A DNA stretch of 64,000 nt. Origin: Candidatus Thorarchaeota archaeon (lineage in GTDB: Archaea; Asgardarchaeota; Thorarchaeia; Thorarchaeales; Thorarchaeaceae). Of the stretch, positions 46,946-56,401 are shown piece by piece; the first letter of the stretch is position 1, and each line of letters starts with the position of its first letter. The notes beneath the pieces are model-generated. The model had not been told where the DNA came from. It worked only from the letters and a program-made list of their open reading frames with translations, and did not search any database. The stretch is taken from assembly GCA_048882045.1 (NCBI GenBank), contig JBHLRZ010000002.1:137986-201985 (forward strand), written 5' to 3'. Position numbers and translations under genes: made by a program.

Positions 46946-47478
46946 GAACCATGAGGGCGGAAATTCGAATTGCTGGAACAGGTGGGATGGGAGTAGTGCT
47001 AGCAGGGGTCATCCTTGGGCACGCTGCAGTAGTCTATGGAGGTCTCGAGGCTATCCAAAGTCAGAGTTATGGTGCAGAAGCCAGAGGGACCGCTGCAAAG
47101 AGCGAGGTCATCATCAGCGACCAACCCATCAAGTATCCAAAGGTACGAGAATCAGACTACTTTGTTGTCATGTCCCAGAAAGCTCTTGATATGTACATCG
47201 GAGGCGCAAAAAAGGGCAGTGTTCTCATTGTTGATCCTGATTTGGTCAAGACTGAGAGTGTGAAGAACGACTATGAGATTGTCGAAGTTCATGCGATGAA
47301 GACTGCTGATGAGCTGGGTCTCAGACTTGTATCCAATATGGTGATGTTGGGAGCACTAGTAAAGAAGTCAGGTCTGTTCCCCATCGATACCTTGGAGAAG
47401 GCAATCTCCGACCTCATCAGTTCCAAGACATTAGAGTTGGACATCAAAGCAATAAAGGCAGGAGCCAGTCTAGTCTAA
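46942..47478 (+). CDS. korC: 2-oxoacid:ferredoxin oxidoreductase gamma subunit
   Basis: IRIAG.GG.G...AG.IL, QSYGAEARG, NMVMLGAL. Confidence 0.92.
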   Translation: MRTMRAEIRIAGTGGMGVVLAGVILGHAAVVYGGLEAIQSQSYGAEARGTAAKSEVIISDQPIKYPKVRESDYFVVMSQKALDMYIGGAKKGSVLIVDPDLVKTESVKNDYEIVEVHAMKTADELGLRLVSNMVMLGALVKKSGLFPIDTLEKAISDLISSKTLELDIKAIKAGASLV

Positions 47479-47753
47479 CCGCCATGAATCAGTGGCAACA
47501 CAACCAGCAAGTCTCCATCGTTCAGTCTTGTTTCAAGTCCCCCCGTGAGACCAATATCAGAATCGTTATGTAGGATGAGTGCGTCGCGATCTATCGTTTC
47601 AGGACTCGACCAAACCTCTCTCACACTTGCTTCCTTCTCTATCAGTTCAGTCAGTATATCAAGAAGGCTACTCCCATCTCCACATTCGATGTCAATCAGT
47701 CCGTCTTGAATCTTTTTGGCTAGCGGTCCTCTGAACTGAACAGTCACTTTCAT
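47475..47753 (-). CDS. MoaD/ThiS/SAMP ubiquitin-like protein
   Basis: Beta-grasp pattern, L.DGD.L..LP.IHGG C-terminal diglycine. Confidence 0.9.
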   Translation of the reverse strand: MKVTVQFRGPLAKKIQDGLIDIECGDGSSLLDILTELIEKEASVREVWSSPETIDRDALILHNDSDIGLTGGLETRLNDGDLLVVLPLIHGG

Positions 47754-47854
47754 TTGTTAACGACCACTCGTCTAGTTTGAGTGATTGATTGATAAAGGAC
47801 TTGATTCGTGCGTTAGTATCAAGTTCTATATACTGTACAGACTGGGTTGAGAAT

Positions 47855-49375
47855 ATGACAACGGATTGTGAGCCTGAAACTGAAACATCAGTTGAGGTTA
47901 TCCAAAGTAGGTATGCTCGTATATTCGGTATCGAGCGACCCACTGGTGAGGCAGTCCGCTTGGTCAAGATTCTATCCGTTCTCTTGCCTTCTTTTGCCGC
48001 CAGTTTCCAAATCAGTACGACCTTCTGGATGATTTACATCGCAGAGTCGCTGGGTAATGGTGACTACTTCGCTGGACTCACGTTTGTTGGATTTCTTGTT
48101 GTCCTCCAGATGGCAGTCCAGACCACCCTTGACTATCCTACAGGTGCCTTGGGTGACTGGATTGGTCAACGGTATGTAATCTCGTCAGCACTCATCTGCT
48201 ATTCAATCGCTTTCTACCTTTCATCAATGATTGTGGCTGACACACCCGCACCACTGTGGATCTACATTGCAATCTACGCTCTCTTTGGTCTTGGGTCGTC
48301 ACAAGAGAGTGGAGCCTTCAACGCTTGGTTTGATAACAACTATAGAGTAGCGATGCCTCACGATGAGGATAGAAAACAGTATGGAGTGTTCCAAGGTAGG
48401 CTTGGAATGGTCTGGCAGGTTTCATCAACCTTGGTTCTACTACCGGGTTCATGGCTTGCATTTCTCTACGGAGAAACCTGGGTATTCACTCTACAAGCGT
48501 TCTTTGCTGTCTTCTTGGCTATTATTGTTTTCAGACTTGTCAGAGACCTCCCTGGTGTCCGAGAAGAAGATGAGCGTCCATCACTTGGGGAATATAGCTC
48601 GCTTCTGAAGGATGGCTTCAAGTTCCTATGGTCAAGTCGGTTCGTCACATTGATCATCATGGGAGAGGTCGTGATGTTCAGTATCGGACCAGTCTGGTGG
48701 AACCTCATCCTCTTTCCCCTTTACTTCAGCCTTCTGGTCACACAGGTTGCAGTGTCAGCATTTCGTACCCTTGTGTTTGTTCCACAAGCAATTGCAAATG
48801 AGAGAAGTGGAGTATTAGCAAAGAGATTCGAACCTAGAATTTGGATTCCTCGGTTTAGAATTCTTCAGTTTATGGGAGTCATCTTCTACCTGGCTCTGGC
48901 TGCAATAGTGCATTTCTTCCCAACTATTCCTGCTGGAACAGATCCTTCCACAGTTGAGTTCTTGACAATACTGATACCCTTCACGAATCTTCCCTTGATC
49001 GAGATTCCTGTTCAGACTCTTGTTCCAGTCGCTCTGTTATTCATTGTATTTGTCAGTCTAAACATGTTCGGAGCAATTGCAGGAATCCTTACACAGCGAG
49101 TCATGCTGGATGTTATTCCAAACCGTATTCGTAACTCAATGTATTCTCTACAACCAACGCTCATCATGCTAGTGTCTATGCCTCTCATAGTATTTTATGG
49201 CTGGCTGATTCCAAACTCAGGATTCACACTGCCATTCTTAATTAGTGCAGCAATCTCAGTTTTGTCTGTACTCATGATATGGTCTGCATTCAAGAATCCG
49301 ATACCAAAGGCCGATGAACTAGTCCCTGCCACTAAAGAAGAGAGGGAGGAGGTTCAAGAGATGGACATCACATAG
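47855..49375 (+). CDS. MFS transporter
   Basis: DYPTG.LGD.IG.R motif A, ~12 TM; start ATG 47855. Confidence 0.88.
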   Translation: MTTDCEPETETSVEVIQSRYARIFGIERPTGEAVRLVKILSVLLPSFAASFQISTTFWMIYIAESLGNGDYFAGLTFVGFLVVLQMAVQTTLDYPTGALGDWIGQRYVISSALICYSIAFYLSSMIVADTPAPLWIYIAIYALFGLGSSQESGAFNAWFDNNYRVAMPHDEDRKQYGVFQGRLGMVWQVSSTLVLLPGSWLAFLYGETWVFTLQAFFAVFLAIIVFRLVRDLPGVREEDERPSLGEYSSLLKDGFKFLWSSRFVTLIIMGEVVMFSIGPVWWNLILFPLYFSLLVTQVAVSAFRTLVFVPQAIANERSGVLAKRFEPRIWIPRFRILQFMGVIFYLALAAIVHFFPTIPAGTDPSTVEFLTILIPFTNLPLIEIPVQTLVPVALLFIVFVSLNMFGAIAGILTQRVMLDVIPNRIRNSMYSLQPTLIMLVSMPLIVFYGWLIPNSGFTLPFLISAAISVLSVLMIWSAFKNPIPKADELVPATKEEREEVQEMDIT

Positions 49376-49380
49376 GATCT

Positions 49381-50358
49381 CTATTTCGATATCGTCTTCT
49401 CTATTGATTTCTTTAGAACCTCTGCATTCAACTCTCCAGCATGGTATGTCTTACCACTCTCAATGTGGTTGAATGTTATTTCTGCAGGGCTGAACAGAAG
49501 TGGGTCTACCTTGTAGAAATCATTACCTACACTCTTGAAGAGGTCATAGAATGGCTCACCGTACTGCTCTGACGATGATGATGGAACCTGCTTGATGACG
49601 TCCTCTAGGTCCTTCTCACCATCTCTCACAAAGTAGAAGGTCCGACCTCCATAGAGGATGCAGTCATTTGTGACACCCATAGCTCGAGCATCCTTCTTTG
49701 CTACTGGAGCGACAGGAGCAACACCATATCCCGACCTGACCCTATCAAGGTCAAATTTAATCTCGTGTAGCTTGTGCATTCCGACCTCGACCACTCTAGC
49801 TGAAACCTGTATTGAACCCACAAGACACGCTGTAGGAGCCAGAAGACAATAGAGATCAGAGGTGGCAATTCCACACTTGTCTGCGATATACTGAGCAACA
49901 TTCTCCGGAGGTGATTCTCTTGTTTCAAGTAGAATCACACCAACCTTGGCATCATCTGCATAGTCAAGATGCTTGTACAGCTTCTTCTCAACCCGGGAAA
50001 GGGCTCGTGCAGGACCTGAACCCATTGCAAAGTATCCCTCCTCATTGATTACCCAGCCTGCGTACTGTGAGCCCATGCATGCTATCTTGGGATGATCAGA
50101 ACTCACAACGACCGCGTCCAAATCCATGTCACCAATGTGCATCTTGGTGTGTCTAACAACACCATGACCTCCCAGACATACCTCACTCACCAATCTTCCA
50201 AGTTCCTCAGTTCCCTTGACTTCGATACCTGTATCTATGACTGTTGTACCGTTCTTGAGTTCACTGACAGTACAATCAAGGTCTTCCTTGTGGTTCATTA
50301 TCTCCTTGGTTATCTCAAATGCTCCTTCATTTACACTGATTCTCATGTCCTCTCTCAC
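49381..50358 (-). CDS. mch: Methenyl-H4MPT cyclohydrolase
   Basis: SVN, C.GSQYAGW, GSGPARAL, QVSARVVE, MG.TND..LYGG, DFYK.DP.LFSPA. Confidence 0.96.
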   Translation of the reverse strand: MREDMRISVNEGAFEITKEIMNHKEDLDCTVSELKNGTTVIDTGIEVKGTEELGRLVSEVCLGGHGVVRHTKMHIGDMDLDAVVVSSDHPKIACMGSQYAGWVINEEGYFAMGSGPARALSRVEKKLYKHLDYADDAKVGVILLETRESPPENVAQYIADKCGIATSDLYCLLAPTACLVGSIQVSARVVEVGMHKLHEIKFDLDRVRSGYGVAPVAPVAKKDARAMGVTNDCILYGGRTFYFVRDGEKDLEDVIKQVPSSSSEQYGEPFYDLFKSVGNDFYKVDPLLFSPAEITFNHIESGKTYHAGELNAEVLKKSIEKTISK

Positions 50359-50359
50359 C

Positions 50360-51214
50360 TCATTTCAAGTGCTGGTTCTTCAAAGCCCGAACGAAAATCT
50401 CTTCTCCGGGACTTGCCTCTGCGAAATCTCCCATGTACTTGACCCATTTCTCTGAGTATTTTATGTCCTCAGAAAGGAAATCTGGTCTACGGTCCTTCAG
50501 GTATCGCAGATAGTAGTTGATGAATTCTCTCTCAGAACTGCCGCTGAACTTGTAGGTCGGGAATAGTTTCTCCACCTTTCCAAGACAGAATATCATACCC
50601 TTGGTGGCTTGAACTCCCACACGTTCTGCCATGTCGCCCACAACAATCACAGTTCCACCCATCATTCGAGTGGCTGACTGAGGACCAACGTTTCCTTTGA
50701 CAGCGATGAAGCCCTTTCGCATATGCGATGCCATCTCACGTCCTACGTTACCAGCTATGTAGACACGTCCACCTCTCATACCGTCTGTACTCCCTCTATA
50801 ACCAGCACAGAGATAGTCTGCAGCATCACCTTCAACCTGGATGTTGCCACCCTCCATCTCAGCTGCAGCCCAATCACCAACGGAACCCTTCACATGGATT
50901 CGGCCAGCAATCATCTCTGCACCCAGATACATTCCGGTATCTCCTTCGACAGTAATCCTTCCTCCATTCATCCCTTTACCAATCATCTTCACTTTCTTGA
51001 GATCTCCTTTGACAAGAATCTCGGTTTCATCAGGTGTTGGACCACTCTCCCCACTGATGTCAAAGAAATCCTTGAGTTGAATGACCTGATTGCCTTGTTG
51101 AAGGGGCAATTCACCAATCTCCTTGACTGTTTTACCAGCAAAGTGATTAGGAGTAATAGAATCTGCTTCCAGAGGTAGTTCAGGTGTTTCTCTTAGTGAC
51201 ACGGTCACCGTCAT
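50360..51214 (-). CDS. fwdC: Formylmethanofuran dehydrogenase subunit C
   Basis: PLEA..ITP, GN, repeated G..M.GG.I.V.G beta-helix, YRG...GM.GG. Confidence 0.93.
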   Translation of the reverse strand: MTVTVSLRETPELPLEADSITPNHFAGKTVKEIGELPLQQGNQVIQLKDFFDISGESGPTPDETEILVKGDLKKVKMIGKGMNGGRITVEGDTGMYLGAEMIAGRIHVKGSVGDWAAAEMEGGNIQVEGDAADYLCAGYRGSTDGMRGGRVYIAGNVGREMASHMRKGFIAVKGNVGPQSATRMMGGTVIVVGDMAERVGVQATKGMIFCLGKVEKLFPTYKFSGSSEREFINYYLRYLKDRRPDFLSEDIKYSEKWVKYMGDFAEASPGEEIFVRALKNQHLK

Positions 51215-51338
51215 GAGTCCATCCTCCACATTTTCTGGGACATAATCCCCGTCATAAATCCTTTTGCAGTTTCCGAACAGTTGTCGTAAGAAAGAAAAGG
51301 CGGGCAGAGCTTCGATTTTTCACCTGTGGTGTGTTGTA

Positions 51339-52235
51339 ATGGAGATAAACGGAGTTCCAATAGAAAACACTTTTGCTGAAGCATTCAGTATGCACATGAA
51401 TCGAACTATAATAACCGCTTATAGTGAAGAATGGGCCCGGATCACCGCCCTAGAAGCTACTGGTTTCGGGACTTCAGTAATTATGGCACCAGCAGAAGCT
51501 GGAATCGATTCCATAATGTCTCCTGATGAAACGCCTGACGGGCGTCCCGGAGTTCGTGTTATTTTTGCAGTGGGATCAAAGAAGAAATTAGAACCTCAGC
51601 TCTTAGCGCGACTTGGACAATGCGTCTTGACCAGCCCTACCGCGTCTGCATTCGATGACACACCAAAAGCCAAAGACCTCTATGAGATTGGTAAAAAAGT
51701 TGCAATGTTTGGTGATGGTTTTCAGACCAAGAAGGGACCGATAGACGGAAGGGTCCTTTGGTTGATTCCAAGGATGAGTGGGACCTGTGTGATGCAGAAC
51801 ATGTTTGGTCGAGTGAAGGGTGTGGCTGGGGGCAACATCATCTATTGTTGCGAAGATGTTGAGAGCGGTATGAATAGTGGTATGGCTGCAGTCAAAGCAA
51901 TTGAGAAGGTAGAAGGCGCCTATACCCCATTCCCAGGAGGTCTGGTGGGTTCGGGCTCAAAGCCCTCATCAAAATACAAGGTCCTTTTCGCATCCACAAA
52001 CGAAAAGTTCTGCCCTTCTCTGAGAGCCATTGTCCCAGATACATATGTACCTGAGGGAAGTGAGTTCGTTCAAGAGATTGTCATCAACGGTCTTACTGAG
52101 GCGTCAGTCGCTGAAGCAATGAAGGTAGCTATCGAAGAAGTTTGCAAACATCCTGGCATCACCAAGATGAGCGCAGGTAACTATGGAGGAAAACTTGGAG
52201 AATACCAAATCTCCCTCCATGATCTCTTCAAGTAG
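51339..52235 (+). CDS. ftr: Formylmethanofuran:H4MPT formyltransferase
   Basis: TFAEAF, TGFGTSVI..P.EAG, TPDGRPG, R.GQC.LT.PT, PFPGG...SGSK, SAGNYGGKLG. Confidence 0.96.
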   Translation: MEINGVPIENTFAEAFSMHMNRTIITAYSEEWARITALEATGFGTSVIMAPAEAGIDSIMSPDETPDGRPGVRVIFAVGSKKKLEPQLLARLGQCVLTSPTASAFDDTPKAKDLYEIGKKVAMFGDGFQTKKGPIDGRVLWLIPRMSGTCVMQNMFGRVKGVAGGNIIYCCEDVESGMNSGMAAVKAIEKVEGAYTPFPGGLVGSGSKPSSKYKVLFASTNEKFCPSLRAIVPDTYVPEGSEFVQEIVINGLTEASVAEAMKVAIEEVCKHPGITKMSAGNYGGKLGEYQISLHDLFK

Positions 52236-53084
52236 TCAGTTCTTCTTCTCCTTGGGTGGTGTTATCTTCCCGACCTCATATGGAGCTTCTGAGAACATCA
52301 TAGGTTGATTTGGAGAGTATGATGGCTCTTGATTGATCAGTCTCATCACCATCTCTTCTCCGGTATTGAATGCTCCTCTGAATTGAAACTCCAAGATGGG
52401 ACTGTACAGCAATAGAGGGACAAAAATAGCAATCATAACATATCTCAGTGGCCACAGATTGTATCCTCCCACTCCGAGAATCAACTCGTTTAGCTTGAAT
52501 GCCACCTCAAAGAACGCCCACCAAAATCCAAAGAGGAGACTCGCCTGTCGAATATATTTCAGCCTATTGAAAAGCTGAAATGTGTCTTCTGCCCATTCGT
52601 CATACTCTTGCTGTCCGAATGAATATTGCAGAATCCCTTTATCCTGCGCTGAAAGCACTGCCAGTTTTCCGATGAACTCCTTGTTCTGTTTCTCAACTAT
52701 AACAAGCGTTCGATATCGCTTTCGGTAGAATCCGCCCAGTGTCATGATTGAGAATGCAATCATCACGATTGCCCATACAACAGTTAAGGCGACCATTATA
52801 GCCAGAATAATGATGAGACAGATGATTGCGCCTTCGCCGCTACCACCCCCTCCATCACAACCGTAACAATCTCCACCGCCGCCACATCCATCACTAAACA
52901 CCTCGGATGTTACTGAAACACGACCAGTTTCTTCGGAATACACAGCTTGCTTACCAGGATTCACACCTGTTATATTTTCAATCTCATTCTTCAGAGTGGT
53001 ACCTGATACGCCATAGGCTCGTATTGCGATAGCACTCTTTGGTTCCTCGTTCTCGAAGCCAGACAATGCTCCATCCTCCAACAA
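52236..53084 (-). CDS. Hypothetical membrane protein with Gly/Cys-rich loop
   Basis: DGCGGGGDCYGCDGGGGSGEG followed by a long TM segment; two further TMs. Confidence 0.75.
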   Translation of the reverse strand: MLEDGALSGFENEEPKSAIAIRAYGVSGTTLKNEIENITGVNPGKQAVYSEETGRVSVTSEVFSDGCGGGGDCYGCDGGGGSGEGAIICLIIILAIMVALTVVWAIVMIAFSIMTLGGFYRKRYRTLVIVEKQNKEFIGKLAVLSAQDKGILQYSFGQQEYDEWAEDTFQLFNRLKYIRQASLLFGFWWAFFEVAFKLNELILGVGGYNLWPLRYVMIAIFVPLLLYSPILEFQFRGAFNTGEEMVMRLINQEPSYSPNQPMMFSEAPYEVGKITPPKEKKN

Positions 53085-53105
53085 TTATAGATACACGAGC
53101 GATTA

Positions 53106-54113
53106 TCACTTCTTCGATAATGAAATAGGGTGTTTCTTTGCAGATTCAACTGTCATCCGTGACCACTGTGTGAATGTCTGAGCTGCCAGAGCCAGATGTC
53201 CTACATCAGCGATATCAAGCCCTAACTGAGTAGTAATAGCCGCATCAAGTTCAAAGATATTGTCCGACCCCCAGATGAATCCCAAATCACGATATACATT
53301 CGATCTACCAAGAAAGTCTTCCGAACCTGTGGTTGTGAAGACCGCCTCAACAATCCCTCGCACATCAAAGAGTGAATGACAGATTTTATTGATGTCAACT
53401 ATACTATCATTGAGTTTTGAATCATTAAGTCCGTGGAACTTACCTCTGTAGGGAGTTGCAATCATTCCAAACAGATTTTTGATTGACAGAGTAACACCTA
53501 TTGTTCCATGAGCTATTTTTGGTTTAGCCAGACTTAGTAGAGTGCCTTCTCTCAAATCATAGAGCCTTGTGGGAACCATTGAAAGTAATATATCACTTCT
53601 AACAGGACTGAATCGAGATTCTACTGATTTTCTGATTTCATCAGGCTCACATACCTTCTTGAACCACAGCTCTTCTGAGAGATTGAGATATTCTACGCCA
53701 TGTTTTCTAAGAACTTCTTTTATTCCTGAGAATTCCAGAAACCATCTGTCATTTTCTCTCAGGTTTCTCTTCTTCTGTGCATCCAATCTCTTTTGGAGTT
53801 CTTCAGTAAATGGACCTTCATGGTCCCTAAAGATTGGGCTTCGATAATGAGCATAACTCTCCACAACTATCTTCTCACAGTCCAAAGCTGACAATGTCCA
53901 ATCTATAATCTCCGCTTCCGTGAAGAGCGTTGATGATGACCAATTAGGTTTAATCACAACAGGTGGTCTGAGATTTAGCTTTGAAACTATTTCAACGAAA
54001 GCTGATTTAGAGCCTCCTCTAGAAAACATGACCTGACCGATATTTGCAATCTCCCTCTTCATGGAATTCATTCGAAGGAGGTTCTTTTTGGACATTTCTA
54101 CTAAGTTAAACAA
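53106..54113 (-). CDS. DUF362-family protein
   Basis: VVIKPNW, VVES, LAKPK......TLSIKNLFG, H, IVDIN, LDA; start uncertain. Confidence 0.8.
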   Translation of the reverse strand: MFNLVEMSKKNLLRMNSMKREIANIGQVMFSRGGSKSAFVEIVSKLNLRPPVVIKPNWSSSTLFTEAEIIDWTLSALDCEKIVVESYAHYRSPIFRDHEGPFTEELQKRLDAQKKRNLRENDRWFLEFSGIKEVLRKHGVEYLNLSEELWFKKVCEPDEIRKSVESRFSPVRSDILLSMVPTRLYDLREGTLLSLAKPKIAHGTIGVTLSIKNLFGMIATPYRGKFHGLNDSKLNDSIVDINKICHSLFDVRGIVEAVFTTTGSEDFLGRSNVYRDLGFIWGSDNIFELDAAITTQLGLDIADVGHLALAAQTFTQWSRMTVESAKKHPISLSKK

Positions 54114-54187
54114 AGCACCTTTTAGAAATCTTTATCACCGATTTTCATGCGGAAAGCGGAGTGACAGCCTTTGGTTGTTCCACGGAA

Positions 54188-54327
54188 GCCCCAGTAGCTT
54201 AGACCGGTTAGATCGCCTCCTTGGTAAGGAATTATCGTACTGATGATTCCCCATAAAGGAGGAGGCCGCGGGACTTCATGGACGTCTGCGCCATGGAGCG
54301 CGAATTCAAATCCCGCCTGGGGCTCCA
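54188..54327 (+). tRNA. tRNA-Thr(GGT) with two introns (37/38: 54227-54256; 53/54: 54273-54304), CCA encoded
   Basis: GCCCCAG/CTGGGGC acceptor, CCTCC-TTGGTAA-GGAGG anticodon arm, GCGGG-TTCAAAT-CCCGC T arm after intron removal; hairpin introns with BHB-like junctions. Confidence 0.9.
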
Positions 54328-54338
54328 CTTTTTCACAA

Positions 54339-54665
54339 TTACATCTCAACTCTGTCAACTATGGAATCAAAAGTTCTCGGCAGCATCCAAAGTTGGTAGA
54401 GACAGTCAGCCACTAGAAATGTTATCCAACCAAGAAAGATTGCAACAGGCATGGGTGGTACACACAAGGAACATGGATCGTATGTGTAAACTTGATACGA
54501 GTAGTACACCGTAACAACAGGCAACACCAATATTCCCAATATTATGATTCTCTTTCGTAGTGAAACTTGCGACTCTGTACTGCTAAATTGAAGGCCAAAT
54601 CGTACCAAGAAATATGCTCCAACAAACCAAATTGTCAGCATGGACACTCCCAACCACTTTGACAA
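54339..54665 (-). CDS. Small 3-TM membrane protein with CxxC
   Basis: Three hydrophobic segments, DPCSLCVPP loop; start uncertain. Confidence 0.6.
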   Translation of the reverse strand: MSKWLGVSMLTIWFVGAYFLVRFGLQFSSTESQVSLRKRIIILGILVLPVVTVYYSYQVYTYDPCSLCVPPMPVAIFLGWITFLVADCLYQLWMLPRTFDSIVDRVEM

Positions 54666-54695
54666 TTGTTGGCTTCATCATTAATTACATTGTTG

Positions 54696-54712
54696 AATCA
54701 CGCTTGGGGCTC
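54696..54712 (+). repeat. Decayed copy of tRNA-Thr 3' end (att-like)
   Basis: AATCACGCTTGGGGCTC vs tRNA AATCCCGCCTGGGGCTC (54309-54325), 15/17. Confidence 0.6.
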
Positions 54713-54720
54713 TGCTTAAG

Positions 54721-55113
54721 CTAATCATGGTTGTTGTCATTGAACTGGGCCACCAGATACGAAAGGTCATCACATTTCACTCTGAGGTGTTCATCTCTAC
54801 GGATCCTTATGAGAGAAAATGCGACAAGGTATCCTCCGATTAAGAACAACACAATTATAGCTGATATGAGAGCAACAATGAACGCCAAAACCTGAGGTAT
54901 AGAGTAATAGTCTGACGTAGCTATAAGGATGGTCAAAAGTGACATAGGGATTGTCAGGATTCCAATTCCGGTTCGTAGTTCTGCTAAGTGTGTTCTCTTT
55001 TCAGCATCGATTGTGCGTATGAAAGCCAGTGAAGTCCTGAGGTTGCTCAGCTGTGTTCGTTCGTCGTTTTCTGATGCACTAGTTGTCAATGTGTTCCCTT
55101 CGTCAGTCTTCAA
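54721..55113 (-). CDS. DUF202-like membrane protein
   Basis: RT.L...RT.LA..RT..A..RT.LA.LRTG repeats followed by two TMs. Confidence 0.72.
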   Translation of the reverse strand: MKTDEGNTLTTSASENDERTQLSNLRTSLAFIRTIDAEKRTHLAELRTGIGILTIPMSLLTILIATSDYYSIPQVLAFIVALISAIIVLFLIGGYLVAFSLIRIRRDEHLRVKCDDLSYLVAQFNDNNHD

Positions 55114-55345
55114 TAAGTGGGTCTTTGTGTTTTTTCATCTTACTTTGTTGTTTGCGTCTAGCAATCAATCTGTTAGCCTCGTCTGGACCTACTAATTCAG
55201 ATAATCTCCTGAATGATTCAGTATCGTCTTCTCGGTCCAACCATTTCTCAATCTCTTTTGCAACAGCTGGCGACAGATCCTTTGCCAGCTTCTTCTTTCG
55301 ACCTTTTCTATCAAGATCAAAATCATCCGGACCAAGTAGACTCAT
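55103..55345 (-). CDS. Small basic hypothetical protein
   Basis: ATG 55345 preceded by GAGGTGA SD; overlaps the next gene. Confidence 0.65.
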   Translation of the reverse strand: MSLLGPDDFDLDRKGRKKKLAKDLSPAVAKEIEKWLDREDDTESFRRLSELVGPDEANRLIARRKQQSKMKKHKDPLIED

Positions 55346-55455
55346 CGTATTCACCTCTGATTCAAGGCAAGCAGTTAAGACCTTATTCATGTCGGATGCT
55401 TATGAACAGCTCCGTTATTCTTATAACTACCCGAGAAAGACTGGCGGTCTAGCAT

Positions 55456-55563
55456 GGGTCGGTGGTCTAGCTTGGCTATGATTCCTGGTTTGGGTCTTGC
55501 GGACTGATTGTTCGCTAGCAAGACTCCAGGGGATCCCCGGTTCAAATCCGGGCCGGCCCACCA
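55456..55563 (+). tRNA. tRNA-Pro(TGG) with a 30-nt intron at 37/38 (55495-55524), CCA encoded
   Basis: GGGTCGG/CCGGCCC acceptor, CCTGG-TTTGGGT-CCAGG anticodon arm after splicing, CCCGG-TTCAAAT-CCGGG; BHB central helix TTTG/CAAG. Confidence 0.93.
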
Positions 55564-55678
55564 TACTATTTCTTAGAATCAACAAATAATGGCAATGTCA
55601 CTATGAGTGTTATTTCAACCATTAATACATCGACAATAGTCGAAATCCTTATGTTCAAAGCACTCCAAACTTCGTATA

Positions 55679-56401
55679 ATGTCGTATCAAACGTCCGTTC
55701 GAGAGAGACTCGCTCGTCGCATTGCAGGGGAGATTGCTCTGTCAGAGCATCCTGGACAGACAATGCGAGTATGGAGAGAACGGTTCCGACTTCCTCAGAT
55801 TATTCTCGCTCAACATCTTGGCATTAGTCCTAGTGTCATCAGTGATTATGAATCAGGAAGAAGGAAATCGCCTGGAACATCAACGATACGACGATTTGTC
55901 ATGGCTTTACTGAGTCTAGATGAACGAAACGGAGGTCAAGTTGTCGCAGCCTTTGTTAGACTCATGGATGTAAGCCTTGTCGACTTGAATATCGTATTAG
56001 CTATGAGTGATTTTACATCTCCTATCACAATACGAGAGTTCTGTGCTCATCTCAAATGCTCCGTGAAAACAGGAGAGAAACTACTCGATCGAGAAATTTA
56101 TGGGTATACACTCGTTGATGTAGAGCGTGCAGTGAAGGAGCTGAACAGTGATGCCTTTCTGAAGCTCTTCGGTGCAACCACTGAGAGGTGTCTTATATTT
56201 ACAAATGTCAATACAGGTCGTGCTCCTTTGATTGCAATCAAATCCCAGGAATTCAAACCCTCCCTTGTGATTCTTCATGGTGTTTCAAAGGTGGATTCCC
56301 TTGCTTTGGAACTCTCGGAACAGATGAAGATACCACTTGCTGTTACCAAGCCCGGGCCTGTTGACAATCTGATACGGAATCTGAGAGAAATCGAACCTTA
56401 G
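55679..56401 (+). CDS. XRE-HTH transcriptional regulator (COG1709-like)
   Basis: IAGEI.LS..PG..MR.WRE.F, SPSVISDYESGRRKSPG, FTNV.TGR.P.IAI. Confidence 0.88.
   Translation: MSYQTSVRERLARRIAGEIALSEHPGQTMRVWRERFRLPQIILAQHLGISPSVISDYESGRRKSPGTSTIRRFVMALLSLDERNGGQVVAAFVRLMDVSLVDLNIVLAMSDFTSPITIREFCAHLKCSVKTGEKLLDREIYGYTLVDVERAVKELNSDAFLKLFGATTERCLIFTNVNTGRAPLIAIKSQEFKPSLVILHGVSKVDSLALELSEQMKIPLAVTKPGPVDNLIRNLREIEP

Noticed and set aside
54157-54186. Hairpin GACAGCC-TTT-GGTTGTT just 5' of tRNA-Thr
   Set aside because: Could be a leader structure, but no complete BHB or split-tRNA complement is seen.
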